Shown here: positions 52,438 through 64,000 of the stretch, piece by piece
Layout of the letters: each line of letters starts with the position of its first letter
How positions within the stretch are numbered: position 1 is the stretch's first letter
Assembly (NCBI GenBank): GCA_030704615.1
Contig: CM060733.1
Location: 34,348,001 to 34,412,000 of the forward strand
Length of the DNA stretch: 64,000 bases
Source of the DNA: Takakia lepidozioides
Taxonomy: Eukaryota; Plantae; Bryophyta
Direction: 5' to 3'
Made by a program: the position numbers and the translations under genes
Notes under the pieces: model-generated
Database searches by the model: none
Told to the model about the DNA's origin: nothing
The model's input: only the letters and a program-made list of their open reading frames with translations

Positions 52438-52789
52438 ACGTGGACCGGGCAGGACGGCAACTCGCATCCAGAGACGTGGACGTGGAACGCTCCTGAACTA
52501 GAGCAACACCAACCGTAAATTGTACAATGTTCATTCATCCATTCATTGTGCTGTTTATTGGAATATAAATGTAAATATAAGTTCTACCATCCATAGAAAA
52601 TTACAAGAAATGTCTTAAACGTCAATGTATGCATGAATGAACAATGCATCGTGCGTGATAGTGGTCTTCTCAGGGATTTGATTTCTTTCCCCCTTAATTC
52701 CAAATAAAGTTTCCAGGCCCCTGTTGCCTGTTTTAATCTTTATTGATGGATATAAGTTTTTATTCTTGAAGGAAAAACCAAGACATACT

Positions 52790-53030
52790 AGGGTAGCATG
52801 TGCCCTTGGCCCAAGTGTCCAATGTCATCTATGTCCAAGTGCAATCCCCTATGTATCCAGAGACCCCCTTGTTTGGGAGATCTTGGGTAGCCTGTGCTGC
52901 TGGCCCAAGTGTCCAATGTCATCTAAGTCTAAGTGCAATCCCCTATGTATCAAAGTGCGTTTCCTATGTCGAGGCCCAAATGCAACCTTAGGGTAGCCTT
53001 TGTCGTTGGCCCAAGTGTCCAATGTCATTT
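52790..53030. repeat. Three ~100-bp tandem units
   Basis: GGGTAGC...GGCCCAAGTGTCCAATGTCAT occurs three times. Confidence 0.8.
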
Positions 53031-54789
53031 AAGTAAGTTTTTATCTACAGAGCTTACGACCAAATTTGAACCGGAGACCTTTCCCTTTATATCTCTCCCA
53101 TCGAGGCTCCAACCATTGTCCCGGGAATGCCCACTTTGCCATTTTTGCTATTTTTTGTGAATTTTCAGCGACCAAAAGTACTCGGAATTCCACATCTCCC
53201 TCACCGCTTGTCCAAAAATCATGAGACCAAGCCGGTGCATCCCTCCTCATCAAGGGCTTTTCAACGCAACCAAGCACCCGCGCTGGCCCGCGGTTTGAGA
53301 GATCTCAACGACGCTACAAAACAAAACAAAACAAAACAAAACAAACGTCTCGCTTCATGTATTGATGGTGGATAGTTGTTTTTGGACCAAGAGCTTTTAA
53401 ATAGGTCGCATATTATTAATCTCAAAACTTGGTAGGGTATCTACATTCTTTGTATAAATTTTCTTGTAAGTAGATTTGTCATGACTGCAAGTACGTTTTC
53501 ATAGGTGCTTTGTTTATTAGATTCAATCCAATGTCCACTACCTTTCCACTGAATTTGTTTCACTCTCCAAGAGCATAGTATTGTATAAATGACGCTTCCA
53601 TTTGTTTGAAATTTGTAGAGACCTTGTTACCTCAACACTTCACGCTCATAAAAGAAAATCACCAACAAACCCAAACTGCAATATATGTTCAAGGATATGG
53701 ACCACAGCTTGGAAAACTCAAACAAAACATGTACATCCGTGCATTAAGACAGCTTTATTTGTTCTCAATTGACACGTACAATATATTGCTCGGATGAATT
53801 GGCTGTTATAAAGAGAGAGAGAGAAAGGCTCTTGATTAAATTGCCTATTTTAGGCCCCGTAACGCCCAGTGGGTGTCATTGACTCTTCCAAAAATTGAGA
53901 CCCTTGCAGTGAAAACTGGAAATCACTTTATGAGAACTGAAATTTAAAATTTTGACCGCACCTTATGTGCCCAATTGGAGGCAATCCGTTCAGATTTGGA
54001 AAATTCCTGCCATTGAGTTGTAGCCCCATACTTGCTTATGCCTGGAAATAACCTGTTTCATCCAAAACGGCGATACACATTCATAGTATATTTTTTTTGG
54101 CGTATAAAGCCGTTGATCCGTTACAATGATGTTTAGGTTAGGGTTAGTTTAGGCTGGTGGCTTGATCCTGGCCCTTCATTAGATCTAGGGCTGCAAGGCA
54201 GCACCGTGGGCTTGGGCCTATAAAGCCTCGCCACGCGGCGGGCCACTACGGTTAGGGCTTTTGTGTAAAGACGGCGCCCTGACACAAGGTCAGAGCGGTG
54301 TATTCAGGAGTTAGTGTGTATGTGATTTGGGTGTACAAACTTTGGATGAGAGCTCCTGTGTGTGTCAGATCCGCTCGCTTGATCCTCCTCTCGCGCATTG
54401 CCTACTCTTCTGCTTGCCCCTTTGTTGTGAAAACACGTTTCTTGAGAGGAAGGGAGGATATGCTTCAGGCTCGTTTTGTGGTGGAGGAAAGCCGGGTAGC
54501 ATTCAGGTGTTTTAGCATCCACTGCCCGCTCTGACACCATTTGCTGGGTTGTTGAGGGATCTGCGCGCTAATCTTTGTTTTTGCTCTCTAATCAGTCTTG
54601 TCTGATGGAGGCCAGCCACCTTGCGATGTTTTCTCCTGTTGTTTCGTATTTGCCTTGCATGCCCCTGCCAGGCGGCCCGAGTGGCTCTCGCGAACCAGAC
54701 ATGAAACTTTGTCTACCAAATCGCAACCAAGAACTTGCAGATGCGTTTGGCAGGCAAAAACAAAGACAATTGTGGAAAAGAAAGAACCT

Positions 54790-55993
54790 CTAAGCCGCCG
54801 GAATGAGCAGTCGCGGCCTCGGGCTCGGCACCCGTGAAGCTTCGGAAGTCCAGACAGAGCAAGAAAGAAGCTTGAGCAGGTCGTGAGAATCAGAACTATA
54901 CACTGCCAACGCTAGCCACTCCCACACCTTCTCGTCCTTAATCCATAAGCCCACCCGCGTCGTGCCATTGTCCTCCCACGTCCGGGACAACACTGAGGAG
55001 TTGGGAAAACTATCCAGGCGAAGGACACGCTGTTCTTCAAAGCAGGTACCTGGCAAAATCACGATGTCGGACGACTGGACATGCAAACTACCTCCCACGA
55101 GACCATCCACCAAGTCCACCGTCGTGGGCTTGTAACGACAGACCCGGGCATGAAATCGAAGAGCTCGCAACAACAAGGCTCCAGAGCCTTCAAGCAGCAA
55201 TGAGAGCCACGAGCCTGCTGTCCGTTCGGTCGTCTGCCACAGGCTTGACTCACGGCGAACTGACAATGGTAGGTGGAGCCCGAACGCTTCCTAGGCCACC
55301 TGCCGATGATGAAGAAGATGAGCCTTGAACACCTCTGGTCTCAAGCACAGGGAGTTTCTGACAGCCACAACGGCTTGGGTCTGGCACAACGCACTCTCTC
55401 TCCAAGAGCCAGAACTAGACCCAGGGCGCACAAAAATTGCTTCGTGATGACTGTTCAGACGACGAGCATCCTCGCGCACAAATGCTTCAAACTTCTCAAA
55501 CCACTGCACATCCTCCGGAAGCAATTCCCCTAGAGACTCATCATACTCCTGAGAGCGCTCAATATCCCTCTCAAACTCTCTCTCTCTCTCGTTCTCTCGG
55601 ACACTCATAATCAGGACCTGGATCATAGAAATTGTCAAAATTATAGTATTCAGGATCGTAGCTATCTAAAGAGCTGGGAGACCTCGCATCTCTTGGTGAC
55701 TAGACCTCATCCTCATTCACATCAACATCATATCTAGGGTTATTTGAATTCATATGCACGACAAGACCAAGACCAACAGTGCTGGGTTCAGGCAGGGGTG
55801 ACACTGGTGAGACAACAATGCCAAGCAGCGCACGTCGAGAGGGGTTAGTGACAACAAGATCAGTCGCTACTGTCAAAGCAGGGTCAGTCACAATTTCAAG
55901 AACCAAATCAATTTGCATCGACAGACTTTCTCCCTCTCTGCGTGCTACACAGCTAGAACTACGCACCGAAGCCATCGTCCTGCAACATAACAC
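54790..55993 (-). pseudogene. Decayed antisense extra ORF of Gypsy family B, function unknown
   Basis: ORFs 55700..55993, 55291..55638 and 54790..55266 join through two TAG stops and one frameshift in a (GA)n run. Confidence 0.5.
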
Positions 55994-56041
55994 AAATCAG
56001 ACAACCTCCAAGCAGGTAATGCCTCGGTTGATGACGTTTCC

Positions 56042-57816
56042 TTGGACTCTGGTAATTTTGAGGAGGACTTAGAATTGTTGCATGATGATGGTGTCGTGAG
56101 GATAGATAGGGAGGGCTCTATTGTTTTGCCCATAAGATCGGGGATGGCAAAAATTGCGATTCTTCCTATTCAGATTAGTGGGGCCATGGAAGTTCAAGGT
56201 AGTGAGCCCATGGTGCAGTCTGGTCATGGACAAGGTAGAATCGGGTTGGTCTCGGACGTTAGGGCTATTACGAGCAGTATGCCGGCCCAGGGTGCTAACG
56301 TGAGTCCTAGTGTGTTGCATGTTGTGGATTTCCCTAGTCCCACTCCGGGGGAGGGAATTTGTTGCCTGCAAGTTCAGGCGTGCATGTGGGCAGTTTTCCT
56401 GTGTTGAATGTGCATGGTGTTGTTCAAAGTGGGGGTATCATGATGCCAGGGCACTCTAGTGTGTCTACTGCTCTGACTTCTGCCATCACAGGTCAATCAA
56501 TGGGGGCCCTTTCTGCTCCACAGGCTGGGGTGCCACCACACCTTGTCTCTAGTCAGTCCATGGGTATGTACGTTGGTAATATCCCTCCTAATGGTCTAAG
56601 ATCAGTGTCAACACAACCGGTGGGAGTGGCATCCACTCTTCCCATGAGTGGAATGCCACAAATCCACTTGCAGTCGACCTACCCTGCTGCTCAGCCAAAT
56701 GTGGCAACACCTGCTCTCCCCATGGGCACGGTGGCATCACATCTGTCAACTTCTACTGCTGTAGGATCAGCCAGCAATAATAATATGAGTTGTAATTCTG
56801 CATCTAATATTGGATATGTGCATGGTAATACTGCTGTTATGGTTCCTTGTTGCCCTACTCATGGGTCTTTCCTCCCTGGTCACATTAACCATAGCCTGCC
56901 TTGTCATCTGATCCCTCAGCTGACTACTCAACCTTACCCGGAATATACCATGGGAGAAGACTTTGATAGATATCTTCAGATGTTTGAGGTTATTGCTGGT
57001 GTCAATGGAGTGCCTGAGAATTTCAAAATGGCAATTTTTAGGATGAGCATGAAGGGACCAGCTCGTGACTTACTACATGCGCCTGTCATGGATGATCCCG
57101 ACCTCATCTGGGCAGCTCTGGTGGAATGGGCAAAGACCTTGTTCAAACCACCTGAGAGGCCTCTGGATTGCTTTGCCAAGCTTTCTGCTAGGACTTACCA
57201 ACCTGGGGAATCATTGTGGAAGTATTACATGGATCTTAAATTTGCTGCTGTTGAAAATATCATAGACCCTGCAGAGAGAGATCGTATGGTTAAAAGGTAT
57301 TTTCTCTTTGGGTTGCCTTCCACTGTTCAGAATTGGGCTCAGCGACGTCATTTTGTCAATGACAAGACTATGTTAGCAGAAATTAATCTTAAAATGGCAG
57401 ACTTGGCTGACAGCAAATCAATGCAACGTCATGTCAAGTTTCAAGCTCCAATGGGCTCCGAGCTTGGCATGCCTGCAACATCTTCACCATATGTTCCTCC
57501 TGTCATGATATGCAAAGCTGATGATTTTAATCTTCAGGGATTGGCTAATACTATGGGAAGTCTTAGTGAGTCTGTTGCCACTCAGTTTGCTGCCATGCAG
57601 GCTCATCAACAGAGGTGGCAGCCTCGACATGGCCAAGGACCAACAGGTGGTAACAATAGGGGTCGAACCCAGACTGGGCAAGCCTATGAGGGTAATTGTG
57701 CTGCCTGTTATATTTGTGGGTCATTTGAACACTGGACGAAGCATTGTCCAGACAGAGCAGGGCTACCTAAGCTGATCAAGAACAAGAAGACAGCTAGTGG
57801 CTCTTCCCCTCTTTAA
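56042..57816 (+). pseudogene. gag: gag of Gypsy family B (one frameshift near 56380)
   Basis: 485-aa ORF with a capsid-like region (EDFDRYLQMFE, QPGESL, FLFGLP) and knuckle CYICGSFEHWTKHC. Confidence 0.85.
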
Positions 57817-57949
57817 AAAACTAGAAAGATCTCTTGGGAAGGGAGCAAGAGGTCCATCATCTACCAACCCTACTTCTTCTATTCCAATTCAAGGTGTTTT
57901 ATCTACTAACTTTAAAGCTTTGCATTGTCCTCTCAGTAGACAGACTATT

Positions 57950-59534
57950 GGGCAGCAGATCAGTCCCCCTCATGGCCCAGTGCCATATCCACAAGCTCAG
58001 CTTTCCCTGTGTGATTGATACTGGATGCACTATATCTGCTATACCTTTAAGTGTTGTGAGAGTTTTTGGTCTTATGCCATGGGTATTGAGGTGTTTATTG
58101 TAGATGGATCCAGGTATGAGCCCTTAGGACTAGTCACTATTCCCATTAGAATTCATAAAAGGGAGGTTGTGGTAACCTGCATAGTCACCATTGGTGATCA
58201 ATTCCTTCTAGGCCTTGACTGGATGACTGGAGCTGGTGCCACCATCAGCTTAGCAGACTACTCCCTTTGCTTTAATAATGGAGAAAGGCATGAAGTAGTG
58301 GTTCCCTTGAAAGCAGTGAAGATCAAGGTTGGGTCTGCCACAGCCAATTTGTCCAGAGTCCAGGCCCTGGTCAAGGAGGTACAGCAGAACACTCACTCCA
58401 ATCTCAATTGGCATGATTTCTACAAATATCAACCTGATCTTCAACTCTTATATCAGTGGCATGTTCTTGGTGCTAGAGATAGGACAGGGGGTGCCCATAG
58501 CCATTCCAAAGAATTCTATTCTGATTCATGTACCTCTCAACATCACCATCCATGCCTTGACCCAGAAGGTGGTCAAGTCTGGTCTGGCCTTCTTGTGTCC
58601 AGTTGCTCATTTCCTAGGAGTTGAAGGATGGAGGAAGCAGACTGCCCTTAAGCATTGCCTGGTAGCCAATGGTGTTCTAGATAGAGGATATCGGCAGGAA
58701 GTCAAGATTCTGATTGCTAATCCCGAGCGCTTCCCTGTGACTATAAAAAAGGGGCAGGTTCTGGCTCACATCACTGCTCTTTCCATTGCTAACATACACA
58801 AGGTGCAAGCTGGTTTTGGACTTAAGGCCATTGGCATCCAACATGGTCCCTTAGATGAGGTTGCTGCTTTTGCTGCAATTGCACCACCACTGTTCCTGAT
58901 CTCAGCCTAGGAGGTAAGAAGGCCCTCACCAAAGTCTTATCTGAAATGAAGTTGGGCACAACTCTCTCCTCAGGACAAAGGAGGAAAGTATAAATGCTTA
59001 TTGCAAGGAATCTAGATGTTTTCAGTTTGGGGTCCACTGATTTATGGCGCACTCCTATTCTTCAACATGACATTCTCACTGAAAGGGCCCCTATCAAACA
59101 ATTTGCTTACCGAGAGAGTGTCAAGGAAGGTGCTATAATCCAAGAAGAAGTCCAGAAAATGCTTGATGTTGGTGTGATTAAACCTTCAGTCTCTCCTTGG
59201 GCTAGTCCAATTGTCCTAGTTGGTAAGAAAGATGGCACAACCCGCTTCTGTGTTGACTTCAGGAAGCTGAATGACATCACAAAAAAAAATGTCTACCCTC
59301 TACCTAAGATCAATGAAACCTTGGATCAATTGCATGGTGCTACAATTTTCTCCTCTCTTAATCTTGCATTTGGCTTTTGGCAAGTTCCTCTTACTAAAGC
59401 AGCCAAGGAAAAGACCTCCTTTGTGTGTCGCATGGGTAAGTACCAATATGAGACCATGCCTTTTGGTTTGTGCAATGCCACCTCTACTTTCCAACGCCTC
59501 ATGGACATTGTCTTGGGCAATCTTCGCTGGGAGT
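57950..59534 (+). pseudogene. pol: pol 5' part of family B: protease, dUTPase-like domain, RT N-terminus
   Basis: VIDTG and LLGLDW (protease); GVLDRGYRQEVKILIAN...IKKGQVLAHI; SPWASPIVLV, RFCVDFRKLN, MPFGLCNA. Confidence 0.85.
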
Positions 59535-60359
59535 CACTAGAAGCATTCGTGTCTTTTCCGAATCGACTGCATGTCCAAAACCACTGAGGGAACAACTTTG
59601 AGATGTTTGTTACTACTGCACAGTCGTAACGGATAAATTCACATTTCTAATGGCGGATAGAAGTTGCATCAATGACTCCGCAGTCGGCACAATATTCGCG
59701 GCGATTTAATTCAATTACGTAAATTGTTTTTTTTTTAAACAACAATTACAAGTGGTTTTAAGCACTAGAGAACGACTCTTAACAACTAGGCATTCATTGC
59801 ACACCCTATTCAAAAATGGAATTTTTATAAGTGATCCACATGGCTCATGACGTGGAATATTTTAATGTATTTTAGGGCTTGTGTGGCTCGTAGAGATTGT
59901 TCTAATCATCGGATGTAAAATGATCTAAGGGTGGAAGAGTAACTTTGTCTTTTGCCTGAATTTGTCTAAGTGTTGGGAGAGGGATGGAGGCTTGAGAGAG
60001 AGACGAACAAGTGATGCGAGAAGGACGAAGACCAAATCGAGGCCCATGTCCTGTTGTTGCAAGCGTTTATGGCGTCAAGGGCGCATTATGTGCAAATGTG
60101 GGCTCTTGGCTCCCCTTTGTACGATGATTTGGTATTCTTCTTGATGATCACAAGGTTCTTGGGGGAATCAGCTTGGTCTTAGCAGCCCATATTTTAATCT
60201 CTGCCCGCTCAGCTGCACCGTGGTGGTTCTTACAAACCAATCCCACATTACCTGACTACAGATACAAGCAGCACGCACAAGAGGTCTTCTTGGGTTCATG
60301 GTCAGTCTAATCCGCAATGGGTCATGACACAAGGTAGAGGACAATGTGGTGAGGGCACC

Positions 60360-61200
60360 TTCTTCTTCGAGCTATTTCAGCATGTTTTGCCGAGATGTAG
60401 TGTCGTGGAGTGCGATGCTTGCAGGGTATGCACAGCAGGGACGTGGGATGGAGGCTTTGGAGACCTATGAAGTTGCGAAAGGAGAGGTTGATAACATGGC
60501 TGAACAAGATGTTGTCTCAAGGAACATGCTGAATCTTGCAAGATATGGTCAGCATGTGTGCGGGATGAGGGCATTGGAGACATATGAGCAAATGTTGCGA
60601 GAAGGGGTGTAGCCTGACCGGGTCACGTTCATTTGTGTTTGCAATGCATGTGCAAACCTGGCAGCCCTGGAGACTTGGTAAAGGGCAAAGAGGTCCATCG
60701 TGACATTGTCAAAGCTGGAACTATACCAGATGTAACAATACCTTGTCGACATGTATGCCAAACGTGGGAGCATTCCCTTGTGGACAAGGAGTGTTCAACA
60801 ATATGGCTGAGCAAAATGTGGTGTGGTGGAACGTGATGATCGCAGGACATGCACAACATGGGCGGGGATTGCGGGTTTTGGAGACCTATGAGCAAATGAT
60901 GTGGGTCTAAGGGGTGAAGCCCGAGCACATAACGTTTGTTTGTGTTTGTAGTGCATGTGCGAGCCTGTTGGAGAAGGGCAAAGAGGTCCATGGTTGCATC
61001 GTCAAAGCTGGAATTGTGGTAGATGTCATTTTTGAACATGAATACCCTTCTAGATAGGGAGTGTTCAACAATATGGCTGAGCGAAATGTGGTGTCGTGGA
61101 AAGTGATGATCGCAAGGACATGCACAACAGGGGCGGGGATTGCAGGTTTTGGAGACCTATGAGCAGGTTATGTGGGAGGGGGTGAAGTCTGACCACATTA
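60360..61200 (+). pseudogene. PLS-class pentatricopeptide repeat pseudogene
   Basis: DVVSWSAMLAGYAQQGRGMEAL, EQMLREGV-PDRVTF..ACA, GKEVH..IVKAG and FNNMAERNVVSW repeats, with stops and frameshifts. Confidence 0.8.
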
Positions 61201-62539
61201 CGTTCAGAGAGTTCAAATGCCTCTCCACCATGACCTTGCTTAGCTAACCATGCCTTGCTGATATTGTTGTCTTGCACTTGAGCTGTTTTTGGACACTGGC
61301 TGGAACATCCACAAGGCGGCTCTGCTCGAGAGAGAAATCAGCTTGAATGCAGGGGCAGATTTTGAGATCACAATCGCCACTCAGAACGTTGTTCTTTGCA
61401 CCGGCATGGCATGTGAGCATGCATATCAGCCCAAACTCATTACTCCGTGAGCCTTCCACTGCCGAAGTGTGCCCATTCAAGCCATATCTTCGAAACGCAG
61501 GGATGGAATGGGGTTTTGAAACCAGCATTGCCTAACTGGATACCCAATTCAGCTCCGCATCTTGGTCCATTAATCTGCTGCACATTGTGAAATTTTCTGC
61601 CCGTTCACCGCAAGTTGAAGAAGGAGTATTCTTAAAACACGGGTACTCATAATCTGAAAATGGCTCCAGCTTATGTTGCTTGAGTGCGAATATGAGTGTG
61701 GTTGGCTTGGCAGCTTTACATCTGGTCCATCCCACTCGATATGTTGAGCAGGTTCAGCTTGACTTCTCTCACACAAAGACGCTGCCAAGATGGGGTTTGC
61801 TGCCCTAGATGACTTCCCGTCGTTGTTCTGGGCTGCAACATACAATTAATCTGGCCCATGGCGAGGGGCCTTGCCTTCCACCAATCATCTGTAAGTCATG
61901 TGAAACTGTTTTTGTGGCAGTTTGTAAGCAGTGGGTAGCGATGGTGGGCTGTTGTAGGATTTGATGAACTCAATGCCGTGCACTGACAGCAACCCCTCAT
62001 ATCTTATGCAAGCATTCAACAAGCCAAGTTGACTGCAGAGCATATTCAGCCCCCCACGTTTCTAGTTGCATAATGTTCTTCATCTCCTGGGCAGAGCATT
62101 TTCCAGGGTCTCCATCTGTGATGACACACTATCTTCTTATGTGGTTCAGCTTCTGGTCTTGCTCTTGTTTGCACCACCCCAATGAAGGGCAGTTCCCACC
62201 TGCTTGATTCTCTCCATATGGTTGTCTTGGGCCTTGGCAGGGTTTCCCACAACTGCCTTTCCTTTTCATACTGCCAGTCATCAGCCTCGTTCTCCAATGC
62301 TTCACTTTCTTCCCAAGTGAAGTGCTCTCATCTTTTATGCTTCAACGTCCCTGCAGGTGTCTTTTTCTTCATCTCCCGTGGTGCTTTCGAATGAATGAGC
62401 ACTGATTTGCATCTGTTGGCAACACTTACGGTGTCCCTTTCCTTGCATGCCACTGCAGGCCCGTCATTGACTTTCTTGGCAGGGAAGTCTCCTCCTTCTC
62501 CCTCATTTTCTGGCTCTGTTGGTGCCCCACTCACCATGC

Positions 62540-62712
62540 TATCCTTCTTAGCTGGCATCACCGTTGCCGAGGCATACTCCCCGCCTGACAACTCCACCAA
62601 TCCAGCTTCGAACAACTCCATAGTCCGTGACTGGATCAAAGACCTCTCCATATCACTATACCTGTAGGGCCTTCGAAAAATTGGCGTGTCACTTGCCAAA
62701 TCAATACGAACT
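62540..62712 (-). mobile_element. Short RT-start fragment of a DNMT-Gypsy relative
   Basis: DTPIFRRPYRYSDMERSLIQ...GLVELSGGEYASATVMPAKKD matches ~26420-26575 at protein level, with many synonymous changes. Confidence 0.85.
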
Positions 62713-62876
62713 ATACGACTACATCACTACACGTGTCATTTTGAAAGCAAATACACGAATGTATTCATCCATTGGACGAGTTCATCCACAACATGATATG
62801 ACATGTAAACTTATGACTGTCAAACTGCAGATTGTTTCATGACTCTATATATATGACTACATCACTACACGTGGCA

Positions 62877-63080
62877 TGTCATGGTTTTAGTCATGGTTAT
62901 CTAGAATTACCTACTTCTAGTTAACTATGACATTTTAGATATTTATATTTATATTTTGTGTGTTGGGATTTCATTGGGTCTCACATGCCAAGTGAGGTGT
63001 CAAGCCTCACTTGGGACATGAGGATAGGTTTTCCCCTTATGAGGATGGAGGAGGCTCATCTTCTTGTAGTTGAGCCTCCA
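62877..63080 (+). mobile_element. 5' terminal fragment of another DNMT-Gypsy relative
   Basis: Starts TGTCATGGTTTT like 2208(-); same hairpin series. Confidence 0.7.
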
Positions 63081-63084
63081 TGAG

Positions 63085-63871
63085 CATCTCTCACCTCTCT
63101 CTTACATTCTTCCAACTCGTTTGGTGCTAATCGATAATGGACTTTACAAGAAGGAGTACTACTTGGAACAACCTCAATCTTATGATCTACTCTTCTATTT
63201 GGCGGAAGCCGTGCTGGTAGGTCATCTGGAAAGACATCTTGGAACTCTTTCAATATACTCTGTAATTCTATAGGGACCTCACTCATGTTTTTTTTCGGAT
63301 TTTCCACGTATCTTATTAAACCTACAAATAATAAGTCTTTCTTACATATAGCTGTAGTACCTATAACAAATGATGGTAGGTTTCGATATGGTGTCATCAC
63401 TCGATCTCCCCATATTTTTCAATTCTGGGTTTTGACTATCTTTCGACGCCAATCAACATCAAGGTTGTGAGATTCCATTCAAAGCATGCCTAATATTACG
63501 TCATATTGAGCCAGTCTGACCACTCGTCATTCTAAGGTTTCTCTATATTTACCAATCGACAACTCTATGTTTTTAGGTAGTGTCTCAATGGCCTCTGTAT
63601 GTCCATTTGACATTTCTACTTCCTCTCTTTCATCATTTTCTAAGGGGAGTCCTAGTTTCAAGACAGCCTTTCTAGATAAGAAGTTTTATGTTGCCCCAGG
63701 GTCTATCAACATTCTCACATGAATACCTTCCAAGGTTCCATCTGCCACAATTAACTGCGTCTCTTTCTTGCCCGCATGATTGATTTGTCTCTTCTCTTTG
63801 TAGGCCCCTCGCCTCTTCTCTTCTTTGTAGAACCAGTCAGACCTCGAGGTTGTCCTCGTTTTCCTGCTCAT
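63085..63871 (-). mobile_element. Decayed Ty3/Gypsy protease/pre-RT fragment (third family)
   Basis: VRMLIDPGAT; EFQDVFPDDLPARLPPNRRVDHKIEV...YRLAPNELEE. Confidence 0.8.
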
Positions 63872-64000
63872 TGTGATGTTCGTTATTTTCTCCTCTCCTT
63901 AAACTGTTAAGAGATTTTCGATAAGTTTGTTGATTGTATCTTCCCCTTCGGTAGTTGGCTGCAAGATGTCCGTATTTTCCACAGTTGTAACATAGTCTAG

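Larger units (their letters stand above)
54019..59534 (+). mobile_element. Ty3/Gypsy retrotransposon family B, 5' half (LTR-gag-PR-dUTPase-like-RT), truncated in RT
   Basis: LTR at 54019-~54480 matches 3507-3980; possible tRNA-Ala-type PBS start TGGTGGAG at ~54479; RT at ~59290-59534 is near-identical to ~7060-7303(-). Confidence 0.9.

Overview
Eukaryotic, repeat-dominated plant DNA. A non-seed land plant such as a bryophyte is inferred from a PLS-type PPR relic and a spliced alpha/beta-hydrolase gene; this is not established. The main content is two near-identical ~11-12 kb Ty3/Gypsy-type elements (18458-29784 and 32985-45023). Their polyprotein runs gag(2x CCHC) - protease - C5 cytosine DNA methyltransferase (DNMT3-like) - RT - RNase H - integrase - PHD finger. 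Both copies start TGTCAAG, end CACGACA and sit in 4-bp target-site duplications (AAGA; TAAG), yet I can find no long terminal direct repeat. A fragment captured inside copy 2 shows the two ends joined head-to-tail through a 2-nt spacer (palindrome GACA-GC-TGTC), suggesting a circular or tandem intermediate and a 'split-LTR' mode of integration. Related 5' termini at 2208(-) and 62877(+) share a covarying hairpin series. The window also holds a second Gypsy family in two halves (dUTPase-like domain, divergent antisense ORF), several LINEs, pogo-like relics, MITE-like and tandem repeats, one apparently intact 3-exon hydrolase gene and a PPR pseudogene. All calls were made by eye from the sequence and ORF track; no searches were run.
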